From: Thermoplasmata archaeon
GTDB lineage: Archaea; Thermoplasmatota; Thermoplasmata; Lutacidiplasmatales; UBA184
Assembly: GCA_028864975.1 (NCBI GenBank)
Contig: JAGWLG010000023.1
Location: 1 to 53,519, forward strand
DNA: 53,519 nucleotides
Reading direction: 5' to 3'
The translations under genes were made by a program, and so were the position numbers. How positions within the stretch are numbered: position 1 is the stretch's first letter; every line of letters begins with the position of its first letter. Below the pieces are notes generated by a model. It ran no database searches, was not told the origin of the DNA, and was given only the letters and a program-made list of their open reading frames with translations. This document shows, piece by piece, positions 28,395 to 38,700 of this stretch.

Positions 28395-28946
28395 ATGACC
28401 AACCTGATCCTCGGTCCCTCGAAGTGGCGGCGGGGATACCGCCCGAGCCTCCCCGAGTGGGTGGCGGATTACCTGCCCGAACGCGGGAGGCCACCAAAGG
28501 GCAAGGTCCTGTCCCCGCTCGGTGTCCGCCGGGCCCTGGTGGGTCTGCTCGAGCGTGCAGGCTGCGATGCCACGCTCATGGAACTCCATCAACGCCGGAC
28601 GGGCGAGACGTATACGGGCCTGTTCCACCGGCTGGTGCGCGAGCTGCCCGTGGAGCGGTTTCTCCTCTACTGGCCCTACGGGTCGCAGCGTCCGGGGCTG
28701 GACGTGGAGCTGGGGTTCCTCCTCACGAGGCTCGAAGACGGGGTCCAGCTGGATGTCCGGGTTCTCGTCGAGGCAGGGGCGAAGGCGGCGGGGAAGATCG
28801 GAGGGGGCGACTTTGTCTCCTTGGAGCCGGGACGGAGGACGCATTACTACGAGGACCTGATCGAGTACCGGTGCTCCGTGGTCGAGTGGGAAGACTATCC
28901 GGCACTCTGCAACGCGATCCTCCGGCATGGGACGGTGGACCCGTAG
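28395..28946 (+). CDS. Nucleoside-deoxyribosyltransferase/TIR-like fold protein (tentative)
   Basis: FLLYWPYGSQRPGLDVELGFLL resembles the NDT G...E.G motif. Starts 1 nt after the wHTH stop. Confidence 0.45.
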   Translation: MTNLILGPSKWRRGYRPSLPEWVADYLPERGRPPKGKVLSPLGVRRALVGLLERAGCDATLMELHQRRTGETYTGLFHRLVRELPVERFLLYWPYGSQRPGLDVELGFLLTRLEDGVQLDVRVLVEAGAKAAGKIGGGDFVSLEPGRRTHYYEDLIEYRCSVVEWEDYPALCNAILRHGTVDP

Positions 28947-28985
28947 CCCCTCATCGCCCGTTCCCGGCTCGCCGAGGAACGGGCC

Positions 28986-29393
28986 ATGCCTAAGAGCACC
29001 CTAACCCGCGAACGCCACCCGCAGAACGAACGCCCAAAGGGCGACGCCTGGGTCGACCAGGTTGCCGGCCCTGCCCATCGGGCGGGGCCCTCGGGGACGG
29101 TCCTCACTCGGCCCACCCGGGACAACGACGCGTGGGTGGACCTCGTCGCCGACGAGGTCCAGGCCCTGCTCCGCGAGCGCGGGTTGGATTTCGAGCTCTT
29201 GGTCATGTTCGATCCGATTTGTGAGCAGCTCCATGCCGTCGGGTATGACGGAGCACCTCGGGCCTACTTCGCCGGTCGTGACGCGATCACCCGTCCATCG
29301 GAGTCCCCGGCTCCGCGAGGGAATCCGATGGACGCAACCATCCCCAACCCCGCGGCGACGAGACACGAGACGAACGAGGGGGTCTCCCCATGA
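28986..29393 (+). CDS. Hypothetical protein with internal duplication
   Basis: DAWVDQVA and DAWVDLVA repeats. ATGA coupled to the next gene. Confidence 0.6.
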   Translation: MPKSTLTRERHPQNERPKGDAWVDQVAGPAHRAGPSGTVLTRPTRDNDAWVDLVADEVQALLRERGLDFELLVMFDPICEQLHAVGYDGAPRAYFAGRDAITRPSESPAPRGNPMDATIPNPAATRHETNEGVSP

Positions 29394-30457
29394 GACTGAG
29401 GACGGTTACCGGCAACCGGTACCAGACCCGGTGCCAATGCGGCTCTTGCTCCGAGGTCATCCCGCCGTCGGACACGATCAAGGTCGTGATCGACCTGGAC
29501 CTGCCGGCCGGGAAGAGGACCTACCTCTTCGAGCACTCCCCAGACGCGGGGAAGTGGAAGGGGAACGGGGGCAGCGGATCCTCCGCTCAGCCCGCCCCGT
29601 CCAACGGGGGGAACGGGCACGCGACGGGCTTGACGGACGCATCCCTGCGGGGCGGCGGTCCTCGGGACGCGTCCTCACTCGGACGGCCCGGCTGCCCCCC
29701 GTCCTCGTTCACTCCCGCGAGCTCCCTACCGGCGCCGGCTCCGAAGGCTCCGGAGCCTCCCAGGGCCCCTGCGCCACCGCCACCCCTCGCCCTCCTCGGC
29801 TCGGACACCTCTCACAACGAGGAAGAGGCCTCCGCGAGCCCACAGGCGGGCCGGGCGTGGTCCTCGGGCGGCCTCACCGTCAACCCTGGCAAGTTCGAGT
29901 CCGTCCGCGCGGGGTACGCTGATTACGCGCTCCCCGGCGAGACTGCCGAGCAGCTCGCTGTGCGCGTGAACGCGGTCATCGAGGCCGACCTCCGGTCCAA
30001 GCTCGCGCTCCTGGTGAAGCTCCACCGGGAGTTCGGGATCCCGGGCCCGGAGTACCACCGCCCAACCTCTTCCCCGCCCGCCTCGGCCGGGGCCCCGCAA
30101 GGGGCCCTGGCCACCCCTCCCTCTCCTCCCAGCATGATCGTCCCGTCGGCCACCCCGGCGGCGGAGGGGGCGGGGGCCCGGCCAAGTCCGCAAGGGGCAC
30201 CCGTGGGCTCGGGGCTCCCTGGAGTCCCGGCCCAGACCCGGCCCGATGCGCGAGCCCTGGAGGACCTCGTCCACGACGTCCGCCTCGAACTCTCGGATGC
30301 CTCCCCCCTCCGCCTCTCTCGCAAGGAGAAGGTGTGGGTGGATTGGCTCCAGAGGCGGGGCTACTCGTCCCTCCATGACGTCCGCGTAGGCGACGAGTGG
30401 GGCCTCGGGAGGGTCCTCGACGAATTCGAGGCCATCAACCGGAGGGGCGGGCCATGA
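29390..30457 (+). CDS. Hypothetical protein: Cys-rich N-terminus, Pro-rich linkers, helical C-terminus
   Basis: CQCGSC. ATGA overlaps at both ends. Confidence 0.65.
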   Translation: MRLRTVTGNRYQTRCQCGSCSEVIPPSDTIKVVIDLDLPAGKRTYLFEHSPDAGKWKGNGGSGSSAQPAPSNGGNGHATGLTDASLRGGGPRDASSLGRPGCPPSSFTPASSLPAPAPKAPEPPRAPAPPPPLALLGSDTSHNEEEASASPQAGRAWSSGGLTVNPGKFESVRAGYADYALPGETAEQLAVRVNAVIEADLRSKLALLVKLHREFGIPGPEYHRPTSSPPASAGAPQGALATPPSPPSMIVPSATPAAEGAGARPSPQGAPVGSGLPGVPAQTRPDARALEDLVHDVRLELSDASPLRLSRKEKVWVDWLQRRGYSSLHDVRVGDEWGLGRVLDEFEAINRRGGP

Positions 30458-30855
30458 TGGAAGTGGCCGCCGCCGCGCCCGCGCTGATCGCCGGCGAGGA
30501 CCTGCACGAGACCGCCCGCCGGCTCCTCCGGCTGAAGGCCCAGATCAAGTCCCTCCAGAACGAGGAGACCGCTCTGAAGGGGGAGCTCCTCCAGGACCTC
30601 AGGGCCACCGGCCAGGACCGGTTGGAGCTCGCGGAAGGAACAGTGGAGCGGTCCGTCCGCATCTCCTGGTCGCTCATCGGTCCCCGGGTCCTGCGCCAGG
30701 CTATCGGCGAGGAGCGCGCCGCCCGCTACATACACGAGGAGGTCGAGGCCGAGATGGTCGTCAGGGAGCTCGAGCCGGAGGTCATCGCGAAGGTCAGGCA
30801 CACCTACAGGGAGACGGAGTTTGTGGAGGCTAGTCCAGCGAGAGGGCTCGGCTGA
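30454..30855 (+). CDS. Gam/Gp157-like coiled-coil protein (tentative)
   Basis: RLLRLKAQIKSLQNEETALKGELLQDLRATGQDRLELAEGTV. ATGA overlap with the previous gene. Confidence 0.45.
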   Translation: MMEVAAAAPALIAGEDLHETARRLLRLKAQIKSLQNEETALKGELLQDLRATGQDRLELAEGTVERSVRISWSLIGPRVLRQAIGEERAARYIHEEVEAEMVVRELEPEVIAKVRHTYRETEFVEASPARGLG

Positions 30856-30985
30856 GGCGCTGTTCCGTGCGTTCCTCACTACGTTTGAGGAGATCGACGG
30901 AGAAGGTTGACTTGGTCCAAAACGCAGAAATGTGGCCTGGTAATGGCCGACTGGGATGGTAGAGAAGTCGCCGCTGGGACATCCC

Positions 30986-31465
30986 ATGGCAGAGGACGGC
31001 ACGGTCGACTGGAAGCATCCGGTTGCAATCGAGTACTGGAAGGAGCTAAGGGCTACAATCCACGCCGAAGATCAGATCATTCAGCAGTACGAGGGAGCGC
31101 TCTTCTCTTTCGCGTCGGCACTTGCAACTGTCGCAGTGACGCTGCTGGGACTTCACGTCACTGGGGTGACCTCCGCCAAGGTCATTCTGTTGGTGGCCTT
31201 TGCTACCGCGGTCGCCGGCGCTGCAATCACCTTCGTGGTATCACAGCGTGTGTTGTTGTTCGAGAAACTCATCGAAACAGCCGTAGGGAAGGCCACTGCC
31301 GCGGAGAAGAGCATGCCGGAGATTCCGGGGGGCCACGACCTGACCGCTGCCTTGAATCGAATCACTAGCTCGAGGCCCACTCTCAACAGTGTGGGGGCCT
31401 ACGCCTGGATAATCGTGGGGTTCTTCGTCGTCCTCGCTGTGGCTTCGCTGGTACTCTATTTCTAG
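30986..31465 (+). CDS. Three-TM membrane protein, probable accessory cargo
   Basis: EYWKELRATI helix, then a TM hairpin and a C-terminal TM. More A/T-ending codons than its neighbours. Confidence 0.65.
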   Translation: MAEDGTVDWKHPVAIEYWKELRATIHAEDQIIQQYEGALFSFASALATVAVTLLGLHVTGVTSAKVILLVAFATAVAGAAITFVVSQRVLLFEKLIETAVGKATAAEKSMPEIPGGHDLTAALNRITSSRPTLNSVGAYAWIIVGFFVVLAVASLVLYF

Positions 31466-31466
31466 G

Positions 31467-31589
31467 AAGGTGCAGTGCGAAGAGCTCGGGAAGCGCGGCC
31501 AGTTGTCCGCGAGTGACATCCGGCCCGGGGACGAGTGGGCGCTCGAGCGCATCCTCGGAGACTTTGAGACGATCAACCGGAAGGGTTGA
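31467..31589 (+). pseudogene. Orphan 3' fragment paralogous to the end of 29390-30457
   Basis: KVQCEELGKRGQLSASDIRPGDEWALERILGDFETINRKG* versus KVWVDWLQRRGYSSLHDVRVGDEWGLGRVLDEFEAINRRGGP*. No start codon. Confidence 0.75.
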
Positions 31590-31611
31590 GATACCCGCGC
31601 CACATGCCAAC

Positions 31612-32139
31612 ATGGGAATGGCGGAACTGAAGGCTGTGGTGTTGCGAGGCACTCCCGGTTCGGGAAAGTCAACCATCGCCCGGGAGATGGTCCATGCTGC
31701 CGCCGGGCGGGCCACCCCGCCTATCGTCCTCGATGAAGGATGGCTCCCGGGGCAAGCACGATACGTCGGGGGCCCAGGACGGTACGCCGACCTCAGGGCT
31801 GCAGCGTTGCCAATTTTGGTCGCGGAGCTAGGGTGGGCTGAACCGTACGACATGAGGACTGAGGGCGCCACCAGGAATCCGCGAGAGTGGATGGACGCCT
31901 TGGAGCAGGCTGGTCGTGAGGTTCATCTCTTCCGTCTGGAGGTCTCCCGTGACGAGGCAGTTCGTCGAGTGGCCTCTCGAGGGAACGACGCCGGCTGGGG
32001 CCGTGCCTGGTGGAACTGTTACGCCCACGACGACGATATCCGTCTCCTTCCCCAGAGGGCGGGAGTTGTGGAGCGTGTCATCCCAACAGAGGCGTGGCCT
32101 CCGGCCAGGACCGCCGAGATGATTCTCAAGACGGTGTGA
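31612..32139 (+). CDS. P-loop nucleotide-kinase-like protein
   Basis: VVLRGTPGSGKSTIARE; LID-like LEVSRDEAVRRVASR. Confidence 0.75.
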   Translation: MGMAELKAVVLRGTPGSGKSTIAREMVHAAAGRATPPIVLDEGWLPGQARYVGGPGRYADLRAAALPILVAELGWAEPYDMRTEGATRNPREWMDALEQAGREVHLFRLEVSRDEAVRRVASRGNDAGWGRAWWNCYAHDDDIRLLPQRAGVVERVIPTEAWPPARTAEMILKTV

Positions 32140-32585
32140 GCCAACCTACGGCCAACGCGACCTCTCCTCGGAAGGCGAGGAGAGGTCGCTTGTTCGAACA
32201 TGGGATCATCGCGATTTGCAGCGTGTGTGGAGCGCGCGTCGAAACGTGTCCCCCCAACCTCCCTTCGACCGGAGGCTTCGCGAACTTCCACGACGACCCC
32301 GTGAATGGATGGGTCGTCGAGTCCTTCGTGTGTGGGGCGTGCCTGGAGAACCGCCCACGAACCTGGACCTGCGCCCACTGTGGAGGAAGCGGGCCGGAGT
32401 GGAGCAACTTCTGCTCCCAGTGCCACGGTGTCAGACCCGACCCGCTCCCGTACGTCCCTGATTGGGACCTCCTCGCGAAGGAGGAGCGGGAGAGGAAGCG
32501 GGAGCACGACGCGCTCGCCGCGGAGTGGGACGGGGGGTACCCGGAGTGGAGGATGGCGGGGTCCAAGCGGTCAGAACGGCTCTGA
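32136..32585 (+). CDS. Multi-zinc-finger protein
   Basis: GTGA overlap with the kinase. CSVC..CGAC, and RanBP2-like WTCAHC..WSNFCSQC. Confidence 0.65.
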   Translation: MSQPTANATSPRKARRGRLFEHGIIAICSVCGARVETCPPNLPSTGGFANFHDDPVNGWVVESFVCGACLENRPRTWTCAHCGGSGPEWSNFCSQCHGVRPDPLPYVPDWDLLAKEERERKREHDALAAEWDGGYPEWRMAGSKRSERL

Positions 32586-32737
32586 ACGCGTTCGTAACTC
32601 ACTTCGCGCGGGTCGTCGGGTCGACGTGCGGTGGATTGATATCTGGGTTCGGCGCTTCGAGTTCCCGCGCTCAACAAGATCCGTAGCTTGCCGCGACGGG
32701 GAACGGCAGATTTTGGCTCGAGTGGGCGCGAAGGCCT

Positions 32738-35700
32738 ATGAGGACCCCCGAGACGAGCCGCGAGCCGAAGACCCGAGATGATTACTATGCGCCCGGAATC
32801 GCGAGCGTGGACCGTCGCGAAAGGAAACGCGTTTCTCCTCTTCTTCGAACGCTCGCTTTCTTCGCGATCCTGATTCTGGTCACCTCATACTTCTCGGGGG
32901 CCGCGAGGGCGGGGAACTCGCCGCCGGGAAACGCCAACGACAATGGCCTCCAGGTGACGAACCTCCAGGGGGCGGTCTGCCTGAACCCAACTTGTTCGTC
33001 TCTCAGCAACAACCCCGGACACGCTACGGTTGGACAGAAACTGCTCTTCACCGGGACCATTCAGGGAGGGCTGGTCTACAATTCTCAGATTTGTCAACAG
33101 AGCGGGACAATAGACCCTCTGAACGGACAACCGAACCCGTGCATTCACGGGATTCCCGGGGATCAACTCTTCGTGCCCGGATACCACATCTTCTGGTTCT
33201 TCGGAGAGGTCAACAATACCCCGAACCCCTCGCAGGCGGCTGCGCTGCAGCAGAACCTCCCGGTGCCGTCGTCCTGCACGGCCCCGGGAAACATCGCGGG
33301 CCCTCCAAACGGCAACGGGTACACCCCTCCACAGTGCACTGCGCTCACGGCCTTCTCGCAGCCTTACACCTACAACCGAACAGGCACATTCGAGGTCTCG
33401 ACCACGGTCTACGACGCCAACTTCGACTGGGTGATCACGACAACCTTGGTCACAGTCGTCGCCCCCCAGTTCACCGTCAACGTCAACTCTGCGCTCGACA
33501 CTTCAACCCCGAATGGTACGTCGGCGACGCAGCTCGAAGAAGGGTTACCTGTGGCTTTCACCGGGTCGTGCGGTCCCACCGTCGCAGCCTGCAACGATAC
33601 GCAGCTTGCGTGGAACTTCGGAGATGGTGGTGTAGGATACGGGATTTCGCCGACGCACATCTACGAGCTTCGCGGGAACTACGTCGTAAGCCTGACCGGG
33701 ACGAACATCCAAACGGGGGCGATGAACCGGTCCTTCTATACCCTCAATGTGTCGAACATCGGGGCGTTCCTGAGCGTGGGTCAGTCAGTCCGGAGCGGGA
33801 TTAACCCGGGCTTGAACGGGCCGTCCCCCGTCGTTTACAACGCTCCTGCCCCCGGCCCTTCGGTCGTCAGGGTGAACTCGGCCCCGATCATCGTGAAGGC
33901 GGGGGTCTCTCTGAGCTTTTGCACATGGTCCTTCGACTTCAGTTCCATTGATGCACAGAACCTGACCTTCCAATGGCATTTCTCGAACAGCAGCGAACCG
34001 TACACTTCGGGCGGCGCGCTGGCTCTGGCTCCGCACGATGCAGCTCAAAGATGCGAGCCCCAAAGCTATCACTACTTCTACGGTGAGCAAGCCGTTCTGA
34101 GTCCAGAGTTCACGACCATCTCCCACACCTTCACCTGCCCTGGCTGGTACAACGTGACCGTCGACGTCATCGATCCACAGGGCATCCGTGCCCGGGCCCC
34201 GCCCTCGCAGATGTTCGGGACCGTCTGGTACCGGGACACGATTGAAGTCCAAGTCGTCAACCTCACGGCTCCACCTCAGTCCCTGATCCCAACCTATCAG
34301 GTCCCTGTGGGTCAGGTCGCATTGATGAACGCCTCGAATACCCTTGGGATTCCCCCGACAAGCGCTTTCTACAACTACACCTGGAACGCTGGGAACCTTG
34401 GGACAACCTGGGGTGACGTGGGGCGAGACACGTCCTTCCGAGCTGTCAACAAGAAGGTGGCCCTGACCGCCCAGGTCAATTCGACTGCGATTCCCTGTTG
34501 CAACCCTCACCCCATCAACGTCGCGACTTGGACCAACTTCACGGACGTCCGACCGACGGTGGGGATCGACTCCCTCTTCACGACAGCTTCCATCACGCTC
34601 ACGGTCGAGAATCCGTACTACTACAACTACCTCAACTTCACCCTGCTCGAGAACGGCCAGAACGAGGGCTGGTACAACATGTCCTACTTTACGGACTTCA
34701 ACACCGTGAGCTTCAAGCCCATCGACTTCCAGATGTCCGATCATTGGACGATCATCCTCCAGTATACGCCGTACGGCAACACCGGGGGGAGCTGGGTCGA
34801 CGTGACCTACAACTGGGCAAACGACAATTCTGCTGTGGACGCGTATGACGCGACGGAGAATCCCGACGCGTCGGATACTACGTCGGTCTGGTTCTCCAAC
34901 TCTAACACCTCAGCGCAGAACACGCTCCCCGTCAGCGTGAATTCCGCGGCTCTCGGAGAGCCATTCACGACGGAGGTGGTGTTCTTCTCACCCGCTCAGA
35001 CGAACCTGACCGAAACTTGGACCATGGGCGACGGGACAGTCTACTCCACGTCTGACTCGGCGTCGTCGACCCCTGGACCCACAATGGGCACTTGGGACCT
35101 GAATTACGCCTACTACGCGGGCTCGAATTACGTGTTCAACGTTACGGCCTGCGACGACTATCTCTACTGCTCCGGCGACCAGATCACGGTCGACCAGACC
35201 ACCTCGTTCCAAGCGAACGACACAGCACCCTTCGTTTCGCTCGAGGACTCGGCCGGTTCCCTGCCGAAAAGCCTGCCTGGCATCACGAATACGATCAAGG
35301 CCACGGTCTTGAATCAGGACAACACCACAGGTTCAGCGATGTTGACCTGGCAATATGGCGACGGCGTCACTTCCATGAACTTCTCGCGCGACGCTGACGG
35401 TGGAATCGTATACGGAGTCCACGCCTACCGATACAGCTGGTCGAAGTACCTCGTAGTGGTCTACGCGACGAGCAAGAACGGTTCCACGAGCGCGAACTAC
35501 ACGTTCATCAACATCGCCGACCCACCGCCGATCGCGAACTTCACGTTCGCCCCTAGCGCACCTGTTGTGGGCGCGCCAGTCTCGTTCAATGGGGCCACGA
35601 GCGAGTCCGGGCTCCTCGGCGCGTTGGGACTGAGCTTCGGCTGGCAGTTCGGGGACGGAAACTTCGCCGGAGGTCAAGGCGTCCCGGCCGAGGTCGCAAC

Positions 35701-38700
35701 GGACACATACTCCGCCACAGGGAGCTACACGGCACACTTGACGGTCCAGAATGATGAGGGGGGGTTCGCCTATCTGTCGAGATCGGTCACGGTGACCAAC
35801 ACACCCATCAGCTCTCCCTACCCCTATGTCAGCAACCAGACCAACGTCTCGGCTGACGTCTCAACGTGGTACAACCTCCACATCCCGTCCGGCTCGAACT
35901 TCGAGAATGTACCGGTGTTGAACGCTACTTGGTACTGGGGCGACGGGAGTTACGACACCTACGGGAGGTCGACCGTCCATGCATTCCTGTATCCAGGGAA
36001 CTACAACGTCAGTGTCGCGGTTACAGCACAGTACATGGGGGTCTTCTGGGCCCACACGATGGTCCATGTCCAGGACGGTACACCGACGGTGGCTTTGGGA
36101 TTCGAATTCGGGGAGAGCTACGGGGAGAATCACCCGACGAATCTTACCGCGATCGCACTGGGGGACTACGCAGACCAAGGCAAGCTGTGGCACTTCACTT
36201 GGGCATGGGGAGACGGATCCAGCTGGCTCAACACGACAGGGACCCTGACCGACTCGGTCGTGCACACCTACTCGCTGGCGGGATCGCTCAGCCTTTCGGT
36301 GAACGTCTCGGGCCCGTACCCGAACGTCATCTATCCATGGACCAAGCTGGGGGCTCCCAATGCCACAACCACCATCCAGGTTCTGAGCGTTCCAAATGTT
36401 GACGGCGACGGCATTCCAGACGCCCTCGCCGCCTCACAGCAGGTCAGCATCACGACGGCCGGCCCGAGCATACCTACGGGCCAGGAATGGGGCGCGTACT
36501 CCGTCAACGGCGTCAGCGAGGCCTGCACATGGTATGTCGGTTCGAATTGCGCATCCATTCCTGGCATCGGGTCGTTTTCAGGCGATGCTTCAGGATGTGG
36601 CATGACGAACATCGAACAGATCCTTGGAACTGTCACCGGCTTCTCCACCGACCCGCTCGAGTGTAGCCAAGCGGGCGATGGCGTCTCCAACGTGGGGCAC
36701 TTCATCACTTCAGTGTATAGCGCTCCAGCGCAGGTGGCATTCACGGCGCAGAACTCCAGTGTTCAGACCATCGCGAACGAGTCGATCCCGAATGTCGCGT
36801 ACGGGGGACCCGTTGTTGGGTTCAACCAGTCTACCCTAACGGTCCAGCTCAATACCACCGCACTAGGTCAGGTTGCGGTCTATCTCTACGCACCCGGAGC
36901 GGGGAGCGTACTCTTGGGTACGCCTACTGCCGACGCGACGACGTTCACCCTAGTACAGAGCAACCCGGTCCTTGGCGCGAGCAGTCAGTTCGGCATCAGC
37001 GTGAGCGATTTTGCTCCGGGGGGGACATGGGCCGTGGGTGCCGTCGTGTCCTCGAACTCCCCGGTCTTCCCGGTTCAGGGGACCATCTCAGCAGCCACGT
37101 TGCGCGTTTCCTACTACACGAACCCTGCGGTTGCCGACCCAACTCACCAGGGAATGCTGACCCAGAGCACGCTGGCGGTGCCCGTTTTCAACTGTTCCGA
37201 ACCGACCACGGCCTCTTTCGAGCAGTTCAATCCTTCGACCTACACCGTCACCACAGTCGGGTACTACCCCTACACCGAGTCCTACTACAAGCTGAGCGTG
37301 CTTCAGGGGGTACCCTACGTCCAGACCACACGCGCCAGCAACTGGATGTGGAACGACAACTCCACGTGTCCCAGCAGCATGCCCGTCAGCGTGATGCCGG
37401 CGGAAGCCTTCTACCTCGGAGACGCGGACTTTGGAATCGCCCCCTGGGACGCGCATGCTGCGGGAGACAACGCACTGACCAACGGCATGAAGGCGCTCGG
37501 GGCGACTCAATACACGGCCACGCGAGGGCAATTCCTGAACACGAATGGACAGATGTGCCAGGTTGGGCCTACATGCACCGGCCCGTCCAACTACGCGGGT
37601 TACCCGGCGGACCCTCTCGCAAGTTCAACCAACCCTGACGCCCTGCTTCCCCTGAATCCCTCGGCTCTCAGCACGGCGGGAGATGGTATCCCCGACAGCC
37701 AGGCGTTGGATCCTGTGAATCCGGTGGGGCTTGAGGTCACAATCTCGAGCGCGACGGATCCATACTGCTACATCCTGGCAGGCGCGCTCTACACTCCTCA
37801 TGATATTGCAGAGGTGACCTTGGCAACGTCGAGCGGACAGAACGAGCCGACCATGTACACCCCCGCCAAGTCCGCGACTGGGGGGCAAGGATGTGACCCC
37901 GTCTTCGGCATCAACACCGGAGAAAACAACTTCAACTTCAACTTCGGGTCGAGCTACTTCTTCCCCGTCTCGGATGCCGCAGGGACGTACTACTTCAATG
38001 TGGCCCTTTGGCAGAACCAGACCCTGACGGCGTCGTCGCCTAGGCTGACAGGTCAGACTTCAATCTCGCTGAAGCAGAGTTGCAATGTGGGATGCACTAC
38101 GGCATCGTTGCCCAACGGTTTCACAGGGTCAATCTCGGTCGTCACAATCCCCCGGGCACCCGTGCTATTCGTGAACCGTAGCGGGGAAATCTCGAACATC
38201 CCCGGGTATGGATATCGGTACATCGGGGAACAGGAGTTCGATACTTTCGCGGTTACAGTCGGCTCGAACGCCGTCGCGCCTTTCTCATTCAGCTCCGCGA
38301 CCGGGCGCGGAATCAACATCATTCTGGAGCCGCGATCTGACCTCTTGAACTCGAATTTCGAGAGCGCGCTTACCTCGGGGTCCGTCAGTTCTGGCCCTCA
38401 GGATGTTGCGAATCTGGTGTCCTCCCTGGGCTCAGGCTGTTCCAGTGTCGGTAGCATGACTGCCGCCACACGTTCACCGGAGATCACCTCCGATGGGAGT
38501 GTCGACACGACGTGGACGGTCGATTTGTCTTCGACGCCGTCGTGTGCTCCCTCTCTTTTGTACCAGCTCATGCCGTTCAACGGCCAAGGATCGACCTACA
38601 CTGCGGGATACAAGGGGCAGTTCGTCGTGCTTTCTGGCTACCAGTTGGAACTCCTGGGTTTGACGAACCAGTCTCTGCAGCTTGATCCGTTCGTAGTCCC

